DNA of 64,000 nucleotides from Vulcanisaeta sp. AZ3 (GCA_000960865.2 JZWU02000002.1:1-64000); one strand, 5' to 3'. Counted from the first letter of the stretch, positions 41,388-51,739 are shown. The notes: generated by a model not told the origin, from the sequence alone. Made by a program: numbers and translations.

Positions 41388-41649
41388 AAACAAAATATAT
41401 CAATATTTAACTTTAAAATATATTAATTCTTTAGATTTACTTTTTATTCTTTGGACAAAACCTCAGGCATTCTGGCTTTCACGAGACAGCTAAGTCACTT
41501 AGCTATTTATACCTGCAGCTCGAGCCCATAAATTAGCACTTATAGCCCTACCTTACCCGTCGAGTAACGGTTTCTCAGCATTATTAACTCATAGACACAC
41601 TATGTATTAATTATGTATTAATACTGTGTCTATTCACCGCTTTTGCTCT

Positions 41650-41965
41650 TCACCTGACTTTCCTAAGTCGTAGCTCCATCGATATTGTCTTAAGATCAGC
41701 TGGCAGGAGCTAGTGTGGTTAAGGTTCAGTAATCTACCCTATAGCTTAAGGACCGATTCATCGATGCTAAATACGCCGACTCATAAATACATCGATACTC
41801 TTCTCCTTAACTAAACACCATGCTTATATCCAATCAACTCCACGTAGACCGGACCACCGTAACCCTCCATTACTCTGAGTTTAATAACCTAATCATCTCT
41901 TCACCTATGAAGGTGTTGGCGTTGAGTCTACTCAACTACTTAGCTACGTCGGAGCCTTTATATTA
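41650..41965 (-). pseudogene. Decayed copy of the coaBC N-terminal flavoprotein domain
   Basis: 41821-41965 aligns by eye with 51321-51478 (e.g. CTCCACGTAGACCGGACCAC vs CTCCGCATAGACGGGACCAC; RVME..GGPVYVELIGY vs RIMEWATGGPVYAELSGY); contains stops and indels. Confidence 0.75.
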
Positions 41966-42129
41966 TCTGATACATTCAGGGTCTTATGCATTACGTTATA
42001 TGTATTTCATATTATTCACTAACAAGAACAAGAGTTTTAATCAAGATAAAGAGTCTAGAACGTTTAAGGGATATATTTAGTAGTTTATCGTAATTTTGAG
42101 TGAGAATAAAATCATTACTCTTATGGGCT

Positions 42130-43541
42130 TTATTCACTACGTCTAAGTAGTTTTTCAGTGAACCAAGGCATCATGGAGTTCTTTATTGCTGTTAATATCG
42201 TACTTAACCTACCATGTACTAACTCATGGATTAAGAAACTAAACCTACTGTAGTACTTCAGGTAAGCCCACTGAAGCATCTTTTGGGCTTGTTCCTTTGT
42301 GAATTTATAACCCCTCATAACAGCCCTAAGGGTTGTGTAATGCTCCCAATTCCAATCCTCAATTAAGTTCTCATTAACAGTTTCATAATAAAGTGGTGTG
42401 CCTGGGTATGGCGTTGCCACGGTGAATTGCGCATAGGTTGGGTTTAATTTCTCGGCAAACTTGACCGTATTCTTCATATCATCAATGGTTTCCCATGGGA
42501 ACCCAATCACAAATGAACCAACATGCTCAATACCAACCTCCTTAGCCCATTGAAAGACCTTAATGGCTTGTTCAAGCGTTATCTTCTTACCAATCCTATT
42601 TATTGTATCTTGACTACCAGACTCAACACCGAAGTACAGGGCTGTACATCCATGTCTCTTCAATGCCTCTATCATGTCTTTATCAATTGTGTCTACCCTG
42701 GATCCACAGGAGAAGCTTATGTCAAGGCCTCTTTCCTCAAGTTCCTTAAGGAATTCATATACGAATCTTTTACCTAGTGTGAACTCATCATCTGTAAAAG
42801 CAATTATGTTCGTTTTATACTTATTAATTGCGTCCTCAATCTCATCAACCACAGCCTTGGCTGATCTATACCTAACCATCCTACCCCAGAAATAACTTGT
42901 GGAGCAGAAGGAGCAGCCGTAGGGGCAGCCGCGACTGGCCATGGCATGTATTATCTTAATGGGCTTACCAAACAGTGTGTACTTATCCATGGGCAATAGG
43001 TGCCTTGCTGGCGGTGGCAATTCATCTAGGTTCCTGATTGGGGGTCTATCGGGTGTCCTAACTACATGATCATCAACCTTGAATGCCAATCCTCTTATTG
43101 ACTTAAGATGCTCAGGCTCTAAGCCGAATTTCTCCATGGTATTTATCAATTCAAGGGTTGTGTATTCACCCTCCCCCTAACCACAACATCCACATTATTA
43201 TTAAGCGCCTCCTCATACATGAATGTTGCATGAGGACCACCTATTATGATTGGTATGTCTTTATCATACTCCTTAATCGCCTTGGCTGCGTCGTAGGCCT
43301 TATAAATCGTTGGTGTTATTGCGGTTAACCCAACTACATCGGGTTGCCAAGCCTTTACCTCGTTTATGAATGTTTTAATGTCAATACCCTCGGTTGGTGA
43401 GTCTATGATTTTAACCCTATGGCCAGCTCTCTCAAGGACAGCTGCTATCCAGGCAAGGCCAAGTGGTGGTGCCTTTAGGCCTAGGACCTTGTATAACTCT
43501 AGTTTCTCAATACCTGGTGGGATTGCTAGGAGGACCTTCAT
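42130..43541 (-). CDS. B12-binding radical SAM methylase (candidate GMGT methylase Gmm), apparent 1-nt frameshift at 43173-43177
   Basis: PPLGLAWIA...GGPHAT...RG[EGE], SRGCPYGCSFC, GVESG, TPYPGT. Confidence 0.85.
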
Positions 43542-43553
43542 GGTTTATCACCA

Positions 43554-45065
43554 TCACTTAAATGCTAATGGTGAAACCCTAATCCTCACCTTCGATAAAT
43601 CCTCAGTTAGTTTTCTCCACTCGTCTGAGTTATAAATACAACCTGGGTCTGGTGCGAGGACATCTCCAAAGTAATTATATGCCCTCGCCCTACAACCACC
43701 ACAGATAAGCTTATACGGACACCTACCGCAGAATCCCTCCAACCTATCCCTATCCCTGAAATTCTCCATGAATGGGTCCATCCAAATATCCCAGAACGAC
43801 TTAATCCTTAAATTACCCACTGGGTATGGTAGAAAGACGCATGGTGTTAACGTACCATTGGGTTCAATAGCTGCATAAACTCTACCAGCCCCGCAGCCAC
43901 CAATGAATTCTGTGAGTTCCCTAGTTATTGGGTCGTTGGCAACCACGAAGTGGGTTGGTGCTACATCACTACCACTACCTAGTTGATTAACAACACGTCC
44001 ATACTGAGGTGCGGTACTTACTATCTCCATCTTTCTTCTCTTCATCTCCTTATATATGTGCCTAAGGAATTGTTCACGTTCCTCAGGTGATAAATCAATA
44101 TCTAGATTCTCACGACCCCTACCAACAGGTACGAAATTAAAGAACACAACTCTCTTAACACCAATCTCCTGAGCCAGATCGAGGATCTTATCAACCTCAT
44201 CAATATTAACCTTAGTAACCGTGAATGCCAAGGCTGCACTAAAGCCAAGCTTAACAGCATTCCTAAGGCCCTGTACCGCCTTAGACCATGCTCCAGGGAC
44301 ACCCCTAAACTTATCATGTACCCTGGGATCTGCAGCATCAATACTTATTTCCACGTACCTAAGCCCAAGCTTCTTAGCCTTCTCTGCAAATTCCATGTTG
44401 GCGAAGGTGGTTCCATTGGTCGCTATGGCTGTATAGAATCCCCTCCTCGTCATCTCGGTTAAGACAGGCCAGAAATCTCTATGCACCGTGGGTTCACCAC
44501 CGCTTAAGGCTATGGCTGGTACACCAGCTTCATCAAGCTCCTTAACGACCCTTAACTTCTCCTCAAGAGTTAACTCATCCGGTAAGGGCCTACCCGCATT
44601 CTGATAGCAATGCATGCACTTTAGATTGCAGGCGTTTGTGAAGTTCCATACTATGAAGAATGGGGCAGGTAGTTTCTGTGGTGTTGTTACACCGAATAGA
44701 GCTATACCCCTTAGGGTAGTCACAATGCCTCTTCTAATTGCGGGGTCGCTCAATAATTGCTTAATTGGCTCCTCATCAGCATGCAGCCATGCCGTAGCTA
44801 ACTTCATACCTAACTCGAAGAATGGAGCTACGAAGTGAGTGACTGTTGGACATTGAGATTCACCAGCATACTTAGCCAATGCCCATTCCATTAATGGCTT
44901 CCTTTCGCCATTGAACTCCACCTCTTTCGTGAGTAATCTTAGGGCACGTCTGACCGCGCCCCTATTTAGAATCCTAATTGCCGCGATTAAAGCCCCGGCC
45001 CCATTTCCAGAATCCTCAAGCTTTTTTTCTATGGATTTATCAATGGTTTCACCTAATGATGACAT
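43554..45065 (-). CDS. Radical SAM/SPASM protein (candidate GMGT synthase Gms)
   Basis: CNLKCMHC, SGGEP, GCGAG...PC, CGRC...CGGCRARA...DPGC; long N-terminal extension. Confidence 0.85.
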   Translation of the reverse strand: MSSLGETIDKSIEKKLEDSGNGAGALIAAIRILNRGAVRRALRLLTKEVEFNGERKPLMEWALAKYAGESQCPTVTHFVAPFFELGMKLATAWLHADEEPIKQLLSDPAIRRGIVTTLRGIALFGVTTPQKLPAPFFIVWNFTNACNLKCMHCYQNAGRPLPDELTLEEKLRVVKELDEAGVPAIALSGGEPTVHRDFWPVLTEMTRRGFYTAIATNGTTFANMEFAEKAKKLGLRYVEISIDAADPRVHDKFRGVPGAWSKAVQGLRNAVKLGFSAALAFTVTKVNIDEVDKILDLAQEIGVKRVVFFNFVPVGRGRENLDIDLSPEEREQFLRHIYKEMKRRKMEIVSTAPQYGRVVNQLGSGSDVAPTHFVVANDPITRELTEFIGGCGAGRVYAAIEPNGTLTPCVFLPYPVGNLRIKSFWDIWMDPFMENFRDRDRLEGFCGRCPYKLICGGCRARAYNYFGDVLAPDPGCIYNSDEWRKLTEDLSKVRIRVSPLAFK

Positions 45066-45179
45066 TGTTTATGATGTCGGAAATACTGATTTAAGACTGT
45101 TCATATGAGAAGCCACGTAACTTCTTCACGTGGTTTATCGAAAAAGCTATCTCTTCTTTATTAGATTCCGTGAACTAAT

Positions 45180-45236
45180 GGATCAGCCAGGATAGAGCTC
45201 AGTCATTTAATCCGCTGGGTAATCCTCATCACGCAT
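45180..45236 (-). ncRNA. Candidate C/D box methylation-guide sRNA
   Basis: GTGATGA (C) - GGATTACCCAG - CGGA (D') - TTAA - ATGACTGA (C'-like) - GCTCTATCCTGG - CTGA (D); intergenic. Confidence 0.7.
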
Positions 45237-45310
45237 GATAAGGAAGTATTCACCATATTAAGATTATATAGAGATTAATATTTATTAAAGGTTAGTGTCA
45301 AGTTTTTGAT

Positions 45311-46588
45311 GTGAACGTGAAATTCGACGCAGTGGTAGTTGGAGCGGGTCCCGCTGGGCTAACTGCAGCCCAGCAACTAGCCAGTAGGGGCTTTAAGGTA
45401 CTGGTGATAGATAGGGGAAGAAAGCCTGGTTCAAAAAATGTGTTTGGTGGTAGGATTTATGCTCACGTCTTAGATAGACTATACCCAGAGTATGTTAAGG
45501 AGACTCTTGTTGAACGTTGGGTTAGGAGGGAGAGGGTTACCTTGATGACTGAGGATTCGTGGACTACTATTGATTATGAGACTACAAAGGTGGAGCATAA
45601 GTCATTTACTGCGTATTTAACGAACTTCGTTGAGTGGCTTGATAAGAAGGCTGAGGCTGCGGGTGCTGTGGTGGTTCCTGAGGTTTCTGTGGATTCCCTT
45701 GTGATTAAAGATGGTAGGGTTGTGGGTGTTAGGGCTGGTAATGATGAGGTTCAGGGTGATGTTGTAATAATCGCCGAGGGTATTAACAGGTTGGTCTTAG
45801 AGAGGAGTGGATTAGCTCCGAAATTAAGTCAGGACCTTGTGGCGTTGGGGGTTAAGGAGGTTATTAAGTTGAGTAGGAATGATATTAATGAGAGGTTTGG
45901 TCTTGATGAGGATGAGGGACTGGCTTGGGTGCTGGCTGGGTATCCAACGCATTACCTGCCTGGTGGTGCCTTTATATACACGAATAAGGAAGCAATTACA
46001 TTAGGCGTAGTAATGTATCTAAGCCATGGGTATAACCTAGACATACCCATAAATGAATTAATCGAGGAGTTTAGGCTACATCCATTAGTTAAGAGATTGA
46101 TTAAGGGTGGCCAACTCCTTGAGTACTCAGCTCATCTAACCCCTGTGGCGGGTCTTAATGCAGCTCCACCAAGCCTCTATGGCAATGGTTACCTAGTTGT
46201 TGGTGATGCAGCAGGCTTTTTACTTCACCTGGGCTTGATAATTAGGGGTGTTGACTTTGCTATGGAGAGCGGTAGATTAGCTGCCGAGGCCGTGGTTAAG
46301 GCTCATGATTACGGCAAATACGATGCAGAGGCACTCTCTATCTATACGAAGTTACTTGAGGATTCCTTCGTACTTAAGGAACTAAGTGCATTTAAGAATG
46401 CGCATAAAGTTTTAATGGAACCAAAACTTTATAATGATTACGTGAAGCTAATGAACAGGGCATTGGGTAGGTACTTCGATGTTGATGGGACACCGAGGAG
46501 GCTGGCCTCGACAATCCTTGAGGCTAAGGGTAACGTAACACTCCTAGACCTTGCAAAGGATGCCATTAGGGTGGTGATGAACCTATGA
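45311..46588 (+). CDS. fixC: ETF-quinone oxidoreductase FixC
   Basis: VVGAGPAG, PGSKNVFGG, EYSAHL, VGDAAG, RG.DFA..SG. Confidence 0.9.
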   Translation: MNVKFDAVVVGAGPAGLTAAQQLASRGFKVLVIDRGRKPGSKNVFGGRIYAHVLDRLYPEYVKETLVERWVRRERVTLMTEDSWTTIDYETTKVEHKSFTAYLTNFVEWLDKKAEAAGAVVVPEVSVDSLVIKDGRVVGVRAGNDEVQGDVVIIAEGINRLVLERSGLAPKLSQDLVALGVKEVIKLSRNDINERFGLDEDEGLAWVLAGYPTHYLPGGAFIYTNKEAITLGVVMYLSHGYNLDIPINELIEEFRLHPLVKRLIKGGQLLEYSAHLTPVAGLNAAPPSLYGNGYLVVGDAAGFLLHLGLIIRGVDFAMESGRLAAEAVVKAHDYGKYDAEALSIYTKLLEDSFVLKELSAFKNAHKVLMEPKLYNDYVKLMNRALGRYFDVDGTPRRLASTILEAKGNVTLLDLAKDAIRVVMNL

Positions 46589-46878
46589 GTCTAGATAGGA
46601 AAATACCAATTGAGGAGAGGCTAAACGTAAACGCTTGGGATGTGGATTATAGACCCCACATTAGAATAATAGACCCAGAGCAATGCAGAAAATGCGATAA
46701 GAAACCATGCCTATACCTATGCCCAGCCAGGTGCTATACACCTGGGCCTGATGGGACAGTCTTATTTTCACATGAGGGTTGTCTTGAGTGTGGTACCTGC
46801 CGTGTGGTATGTCCTGAGAATAATATTGAATGGAATTATCCCAAATCTGGATTTGGTGTGCAATATAGATTTGGTTAA
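46585..46878 (+). CDS. fixX: Ferredoxin FixX
   Basis: PHI, CPARCY, GCLECGTCRVVC, W.YP..GFGV.YRFG. Confidence 0.92.
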   Translation: MSLDRKIPIEERLNVNAWDVDYRPHIRIIDPEQCRKCDKKPCLYLCPARCYTPGPDGTVLFSHEGCLECGTCRVVCPENNIEWNYPKSGFGVQYRFG

Positions 46879-47003
46879 TTATTAAAATTTTTAACTTTAT
46901 ACTGAGTATTTATGTATAAATTACCATGAGTATGTCATGCCTATATTGCTCTATATAGTGTCAAGGATTAGAAATGCATATTAAGTCAAATGATATTGAA
47001 CGC

Positions 47004-47825
47004 ATGATGGATCTAACCATAGTTGTGCCTGTGAAGGCTGCCGTGCCTAATATAACAGCGGTTAGGCTTGACCCCGTTACCCACAACTTAGTGAGGGAGG
47101 GTGTACCATTAATGCTTAACCCATATGATAGGAACGCCCTCGAGTTTGCCCTGAGACTCAAGGATAAGTATGGTGGTAAAGTCATAACCTTATCCATGGC
47201 GCCACCCAGCGGTAAGGACTTCCTAGAATCAACAATAGGCATGGGCGCTGACGAAGCATACCTAATCACAGATAGGGCATTTGCAGGTGCTGATACGCTA
47301 GCCACATCATACGCAGTGGCGAGAAGTATACAAAAACTAATTCCTAACTTCGATTTAGTGGTTTTTGGTGAGGAGACCACAGACTCCACAACAGCCCACA
47401 TGCCTGCACAAGTAGCTTCCTGGCTTGGTTTACCCTATGTTTATTATGCCGTGGATGCTGAGGTAAAGCTTGAGGATGGACTTGTGAGGGTTACTAGGTA
47501 TTTGGAGGATGAGGGTATGTATGAGGTTTATGAGTATAAGATGCCAATTATCGTAAGCGTCTATAGAAATAGTAACCCACCCAGAGACATTAGCTTGACA
47601 AGGAGGATTGAAGCTAGGGTTAAGGGTTTAGTAAAATCTGTAGATAATAATGAATTAAAACTTGAGAGAGAGTGCGTCGGACTTCGTGGATCTCCAACCA
47701 TTGTGGCAAAGATAGAGGATGCAAAACCCATTGAGAGAAAGAAGCAAATATTCAAGGGAGATCCTAAGGAGGCGGCTAGGTGGTTATTGGATAACCTAAT
47801 TAAGGAAGGGGTGATCAAGTCATGA
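47004..47825 (+). CDS. fixA: Electron transfer flavoprotein beta subunit
   Basis: NPYD..ALE.A, DRAFAGADTLAT, GL.GSPT.V. Confidence 0.92.
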   Translation: MMDLTIVVPVKAAVPNITAVRLDPVTHNLVREGVPLMLNPYDRNALEFALRLKDKYGGKVITLSMAPPSGKDFLESTIGMGADEAYLITDRAFAGADTLATSYAVARSIQKLIPNFDLVVFGEETTDSTTAHMPAQVASWLGLPYVYYAVDAEVKLEDGLVRVTRYLEDEGMYEVYEYKMPIIVSVYRNSNPPRDISLTRRIEARVKGLVKSVDNNELKLERECVGLRGSPTIVAKIEDAKPIERKKQIFKGDPKEAARWLLDNLIKEGVIKS

Positions 47826-48889
47826 GCACAGCCCCGGCACAACAAAGGATTTGTAGTGAATGGAATCCTGTCAAGAAGGAGGATTACAAAGGCGTGTGGG
47901 TTTACATCGAGTACGTTAATGGCACCATTAAGGAGGGTAGCCTGCAGCTAATTGGTAAGGCCAGAGAGTTGGCAAGTAAGATAAATGTGGATGTTACGGC
48001 AATAATGCTCGGTAACAACCTTGGTAATGCTGTCAGGGAGCCGATATACTACGGTGCGGATAAAGTGATTTACGTAGACCACTCAGCCCTGGCTAAATAC
48101 ATCCCCCATGTATATGCCAATGTGATTGTTCAATTAGCAAATAAGTATAAGCCAGAAATCATACTTTTCGCAGCAACCAAGAGAGGTAGGGAATTAGCAC
48201 CATACGTGGCAAATTCATTAAGGGCAGGCATAACCGCCGACTGCACAGAGCTTGATGTTGACCCAAAGACCAGAGACCTAGATCAAGTTAGGCCGACCTA
48301 CGGAGGCAATATACTAGCCCACATTAGGACTCCAGCAAGAAGACCACAACTGGCAAGCGTCAGACCAAATGTCTTTCCAACACCACCCAGGGATCCAAAT
48401 AGGAGTGGTGAGGTGATACCTGAAACTGTAAATTCCATACCCAACATTAATGGGCAGGGCTTAATCGAAAGTAGATCCGTGGTTAAGGGTGAGGAATTAC
48501 CACCCGTTGAAAAGGCTGACATCGTGGTTGTTGCTGGACGTGGAGTTGGTAGTGCAGACGGCATTAAATTACTCACTGAACTCGCTAAATCCCTTGGTGG
48601 CACAATTGGCGGTACTAAGAAGGCTGTGGATGCAGGTTGGCTACCGGCTGATAGGCAGGTTGGCCAGACCGGAAAGACGATAAGGCCTACTTTATACATT
48701 GGTGTTGGTGTATCTGGGGCAATACAACATATTTTTGGCATGAAGGAGTCCAAAATAATAGTTGCAATAAATAGTGACCCGAACGCACCCATATTTCAAT
48801 ACTCCGATTACGGAATTATTAGCGACTATAGAGACGTTATTAAAGAATTAATTGAACTATTAAAAAATCGTAACACAAAGGTTACATGA
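47822..48889 (+). CDS. fixB: Electron transfer flavoprotein alpha subunit
   Basis: GITADCT, RPTYGGN, QVGQTGK, GVSGAIQH, AIN.DP.API. Confidence 0.93.
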   Translation: MSTAPAQQRICSEWNPVKKEDYKGVWVYIEYVNGTIKEGSLQLIGKARELASKINVDVTAIMLGNNLGNAVREPIYYGADKVIYVDHSALAKYIPHVYANVIVQLANKYKPEIILFAATKRGRELAPYVANSLRAGITADCTELDVDPKTRDLDQVRPTYGGNILAHIRTPARRPQLASVRPNVFPTPPRDPNRSGEVIPETVNSIPNINGQGLIESRSVVKGEELPPVEKADIVVVAGRGVGSADGIKLLTELAKSLGGTIGGTKKAVDAGWLPADRQVGQTGKTIRPTLYIGVGVSGAIQHIFGMKESKIIVAINSDPNAPIFQYSDYGIISDYRDVIKELIELLKNRNTKVT

Positions 48890-48928
48890 TATATTTATTT
48901 TAAGCTTAAGCGTGTAAAACGAAAAACA

Positions 48929-50260
48929 TTAGTCTAATTGCTTCCTAACTGTCTCAGGCCCTAGGGATGCTCCTAGTATTGTCATTGCTGCACCAATCAT
49001 AACTACAATTGACGGAGCAAGCGCTGCGGACACCACAGGATTCGTATGTATTCCCATTAAGTAACCATAGATTAGCAACGCAAAGGTTGGTGATAATGAA
49101 CCTATTGCTGCATTTAAATTCCATCCAAAGCCAATGCCTGACCAACGAACCTCTGTTGGGAATATTTCTGAGAAATAGGCCGTCTGTACGGTGGCTGATA
49201 GTGTGAATATGAAGTATATTAGGGCTAGTGATGTTGCCATTATTGGTATTGAGAGTGTCGTTAGAGATAGGTACAGTGGGTATATTAGGACGAGCAATAC
49301 TGCTGTTGGTATTATGAGCATCTTCTTCCTGCCGAATATATCCGTTAAGTAACCACCAAATGTATTGCCTATTATGCCACCTAAACTGCCAATCATTAAT
49401 GGTACGTACGTTAACTGCACAAAGGCCTTCTGCAATTCAGGTAGATAGCTTGAGAGCAATTTCGTGAATGTTGTTACGAAGCCATAACCCGCATAGAAGA
49501 CAAATGTCAATCCAAGATTTATCAATATAACGAGCAATAAACTAAACCAATACTTCCTAATTGCGGTGGCTAAGGGCACCTTAACAAGTCTTCCCTCCTC
49601 CTTCTTTCTCTCCCAAAGTATTGATTCCGGAGCTGCCAATCTAATAAATAAACCCACAATGACGACTACAGCACCACTTAAGAATAGTATTCTCCAACCA
49701 ATAATTCCTAAAGGATAATACATACTCACCAATAATAACAAGCCTGTAGCTAATAGGGTAGCCACAGACATGCTTGAGTTAAGAACACCATTAACTAAAC
49801 CACGCCACTTTGGTGATGCAAACTCTAAAGCCCAGACAACACCACCACCAGCCTCACCACCGTAACCAAAACCCTGAATAAACCTAAATATTGTTAGTAA
49901 TATTGGTGCCCAAATACCAATTTGAGCGTACGTAGGTAGTAAGGCTATTACTATTGTTGCTATGGCCATTGTTATCGCATCGCCAAGCAACGAATTCCTC
50001 CTACCATACCTATCACCAACATGCCCAAAGAAAATAGCGCCAAGCGGTCTCGCAAAGTAACCAACAGCAAACACAAGTAATGTATACAGTAATGCAGCCA
50101 TTGGTTCTGATTTCGGAAAGAATAACTCACTTATATATGGTATCAGTGAAAAGTAAATTAGGAAGTCGTAGTATTCAAGTGCCCACGCAAGGAATGTTGA
50201 TATAGAGGCAAGCATTAAGCCCCTTCTTCTAACGGGTTCAGGTACTGCAGATGTCCCCAT
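48929..50260 (-). CDS. MFS transporter, MHS family
   Basis: LEYYDF, RPLGAIFFGH.GDRYGRR, RF.QG...GGE, PES, PET. Confidence 0.9.
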   Translation of the reverse strand: MGTSAVPEPVRRRGLMLASISTFLAWALEYYDFLIYFSLIPYISELFFPKSEPMAALLYTLLVFAVGYFARPLGAIFFGHVGDRYGRRNSLLGDAITMAIATIVIALLPTYAQIGIWAPILLTIFRFIQGFGYGGEAGGGVVWALEFASPKWRGLVNGVLNSSMSVATLLATGLLLLVSMYYPLGIIGWRILFLSGAVVVIVGLFIRLAAPESILWERKKEEGRLVKVPLATAIRKYWFSLLLVILINLGLTFVFYAGYGFVTTFTKLLSSYLPELQKAFVQLTYVPLMIGSLGGIIGNTFGGYLTDIFGRKKMLIIPTAVLLVLIYPLYLSLTTLSIPIMATSLALIYFIFTLSATVQTAYFSEIFPTEVRWSGIGFGWNLNAAIGSLSPTFALLIYGYLMGIHTNPVVSAALAPSIVVMIGAAMTILGASLGPETVRKQLD

Positions 50261-50335
50261 AGTTTGTCACTTGATTCAGGTAAATAAAAATATTAAAGTG
50301 TTACCCTAATTACATGTAATATAATTTATATATAA

Positions 50336-51574
50336 TTATAACTTGTGCCTATATATTTCCATAAATAGATTTAGAATCTCTCTAGCTAATTCCCTCTTAT
50401 GTACTAAACCTATTTTCTTAATAATACCGCCTTTATTGAGAATTGTAACCTCATCCTTTTCCGTACCAAAACCCTTACCCTCACCAACCAAGTGTGCTAG
50501 GGCTAAATCCCAATTGCCCTCAACTGCTCTTTTTAATGCCCTATCCACTAACTCCCTCTCCGTTATACCTACCTCAGCCTTATACCCAATTAGGAACGTG
50601 TTTGGTGACATCACCTTTAGATCCTTGGCAATCTTTGGTGCTTGTAATAACTCTATAGTAATACTCTTCAAATCACTACTTATCTTACCCTCAAACTTAT
50701 CCTTAACATAGAAGTCCAGGGGAGCCGCTGTTAGTATAGCTAAGTCGTAATGCCTATTCTCCATGAGCCTCATGACCGTATCATACATCTCAAGTACACT
50801 GGTTACCTTAAACACCTCAACACCAGGTGGGTCTCTAATTTCAACAGGGCCTCTCACCAACGTGACTCTTGCGCCCCTGGCCAAGGCCTCCCTAGCGAAG
50901 TAATAACCTGTTAAGCCACTACTTGGTGTTGTTATGTACTTGGTCGCATCAATGTGTTCATGGGTCGGTCCAGACGTAATTAACACTGACAAACCAGCCA
51001 TATCTTTGGGTGATAAGGCATCAATTACTGAATCCACAACCTCCTCAATAGGCGCCAACTTAGCCTTACCCTCCTCAATCACAGGCTCCACGAAAGAAAC
51101 ACCAAAACCCCTAAGCCTCTCAATATTCGCCCTAACCGCTGGATTTCTCCACATGGTCTCATTCATGGCAGGTACAATCACAACAGGCTTACCAGCCCCT
51201 AACGCGGTCATTCCACAGAGAGTAACTGAGGTATCAGCGACACCATTTGCTAACTTACCAATTGTATTTGCAGTGGCTGGTACGAAGATAATGGCATCAG
51301 CATTTGCACATATATTCACATGCTCAGCATAACCACTTAACTCCGCATAGACGGGACCACCCGTAGCCCACTCCATAATCCTCGGGCTCAATAACTTCCT
51401 AGCTTCCCTACTCATGAAGGTTATGATGTTGACACCATGCCTAATCAACTCTCTAGCTATGTCAGGGACTCTATATATGGAAATGCCGCCAGTGAGGGCT
51501 AGAACTACGTTCTTACCCTTAAGTAGGTTGCTCCTGGAACCTCTAATTAACTCTATATCCTCCCTAAACGCCAC
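50336..51574 (-). CDS. coaBC: Phosphopantothenoylcysteine decarboxylase/ligase
   Basis: TGGISIY, PATANTIGK, PAMN..MW, TSGPT.E.ID, SSG..G. Start uncertain. Confidence 0.93.
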   Translation of the reverse strand: MAFREDIELIRGSRSNLLKGKNVVLALTGGISIYRVPDIARELIRHGVNIITFMSREARKLLSPRIMEWATGGPVYAELSGYAEHVNICANADAIIFVPATANTIGKLANGVADTSVTLCGMTALGAGKPVVIVPAMNETMWRNPAVRANIERLRGFGVSFVEPVIEEGKAKLAPIEEVVDSVIDALSPKDMAGLSVLITSGPTHEHIDATKYITTPSSGLTGYYFAREALARGARVTLVRGPVEIRDPPGVEVFKVTSVLEMYDTVMRLMENRHYDLAILTAAPLDFYVKDKFEGKISSDLKSITIELLQAPKIAKDLKVMSPNTFLIGYKAEVGITERELVDRALKRAVEGNWDLALAHLVGEGKGFGTEKDEVTILNKGGIIKKIGLVHKRELAREILNLFMEIYRHKL

Positions 51575-51739
51575 AATGATTAAGACGAAATGCACTATTA
51601 AGCATTTTCCAGACCATACAATCTTAATCGTTACTCTACCGACGATATTTATTTAATTCGAATAATTATTCTTAACTTAATGTTAATAAAGTTTTAAAGT
51701 TTAGAAAAGGTGCTGGACGTTGACTATTTTTACTCCTTT

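Noticed and set aside
41820-42080. 86-aa + strand ORF
   Set aside because: Lies antisense to the coaBC relic; no coding signature.
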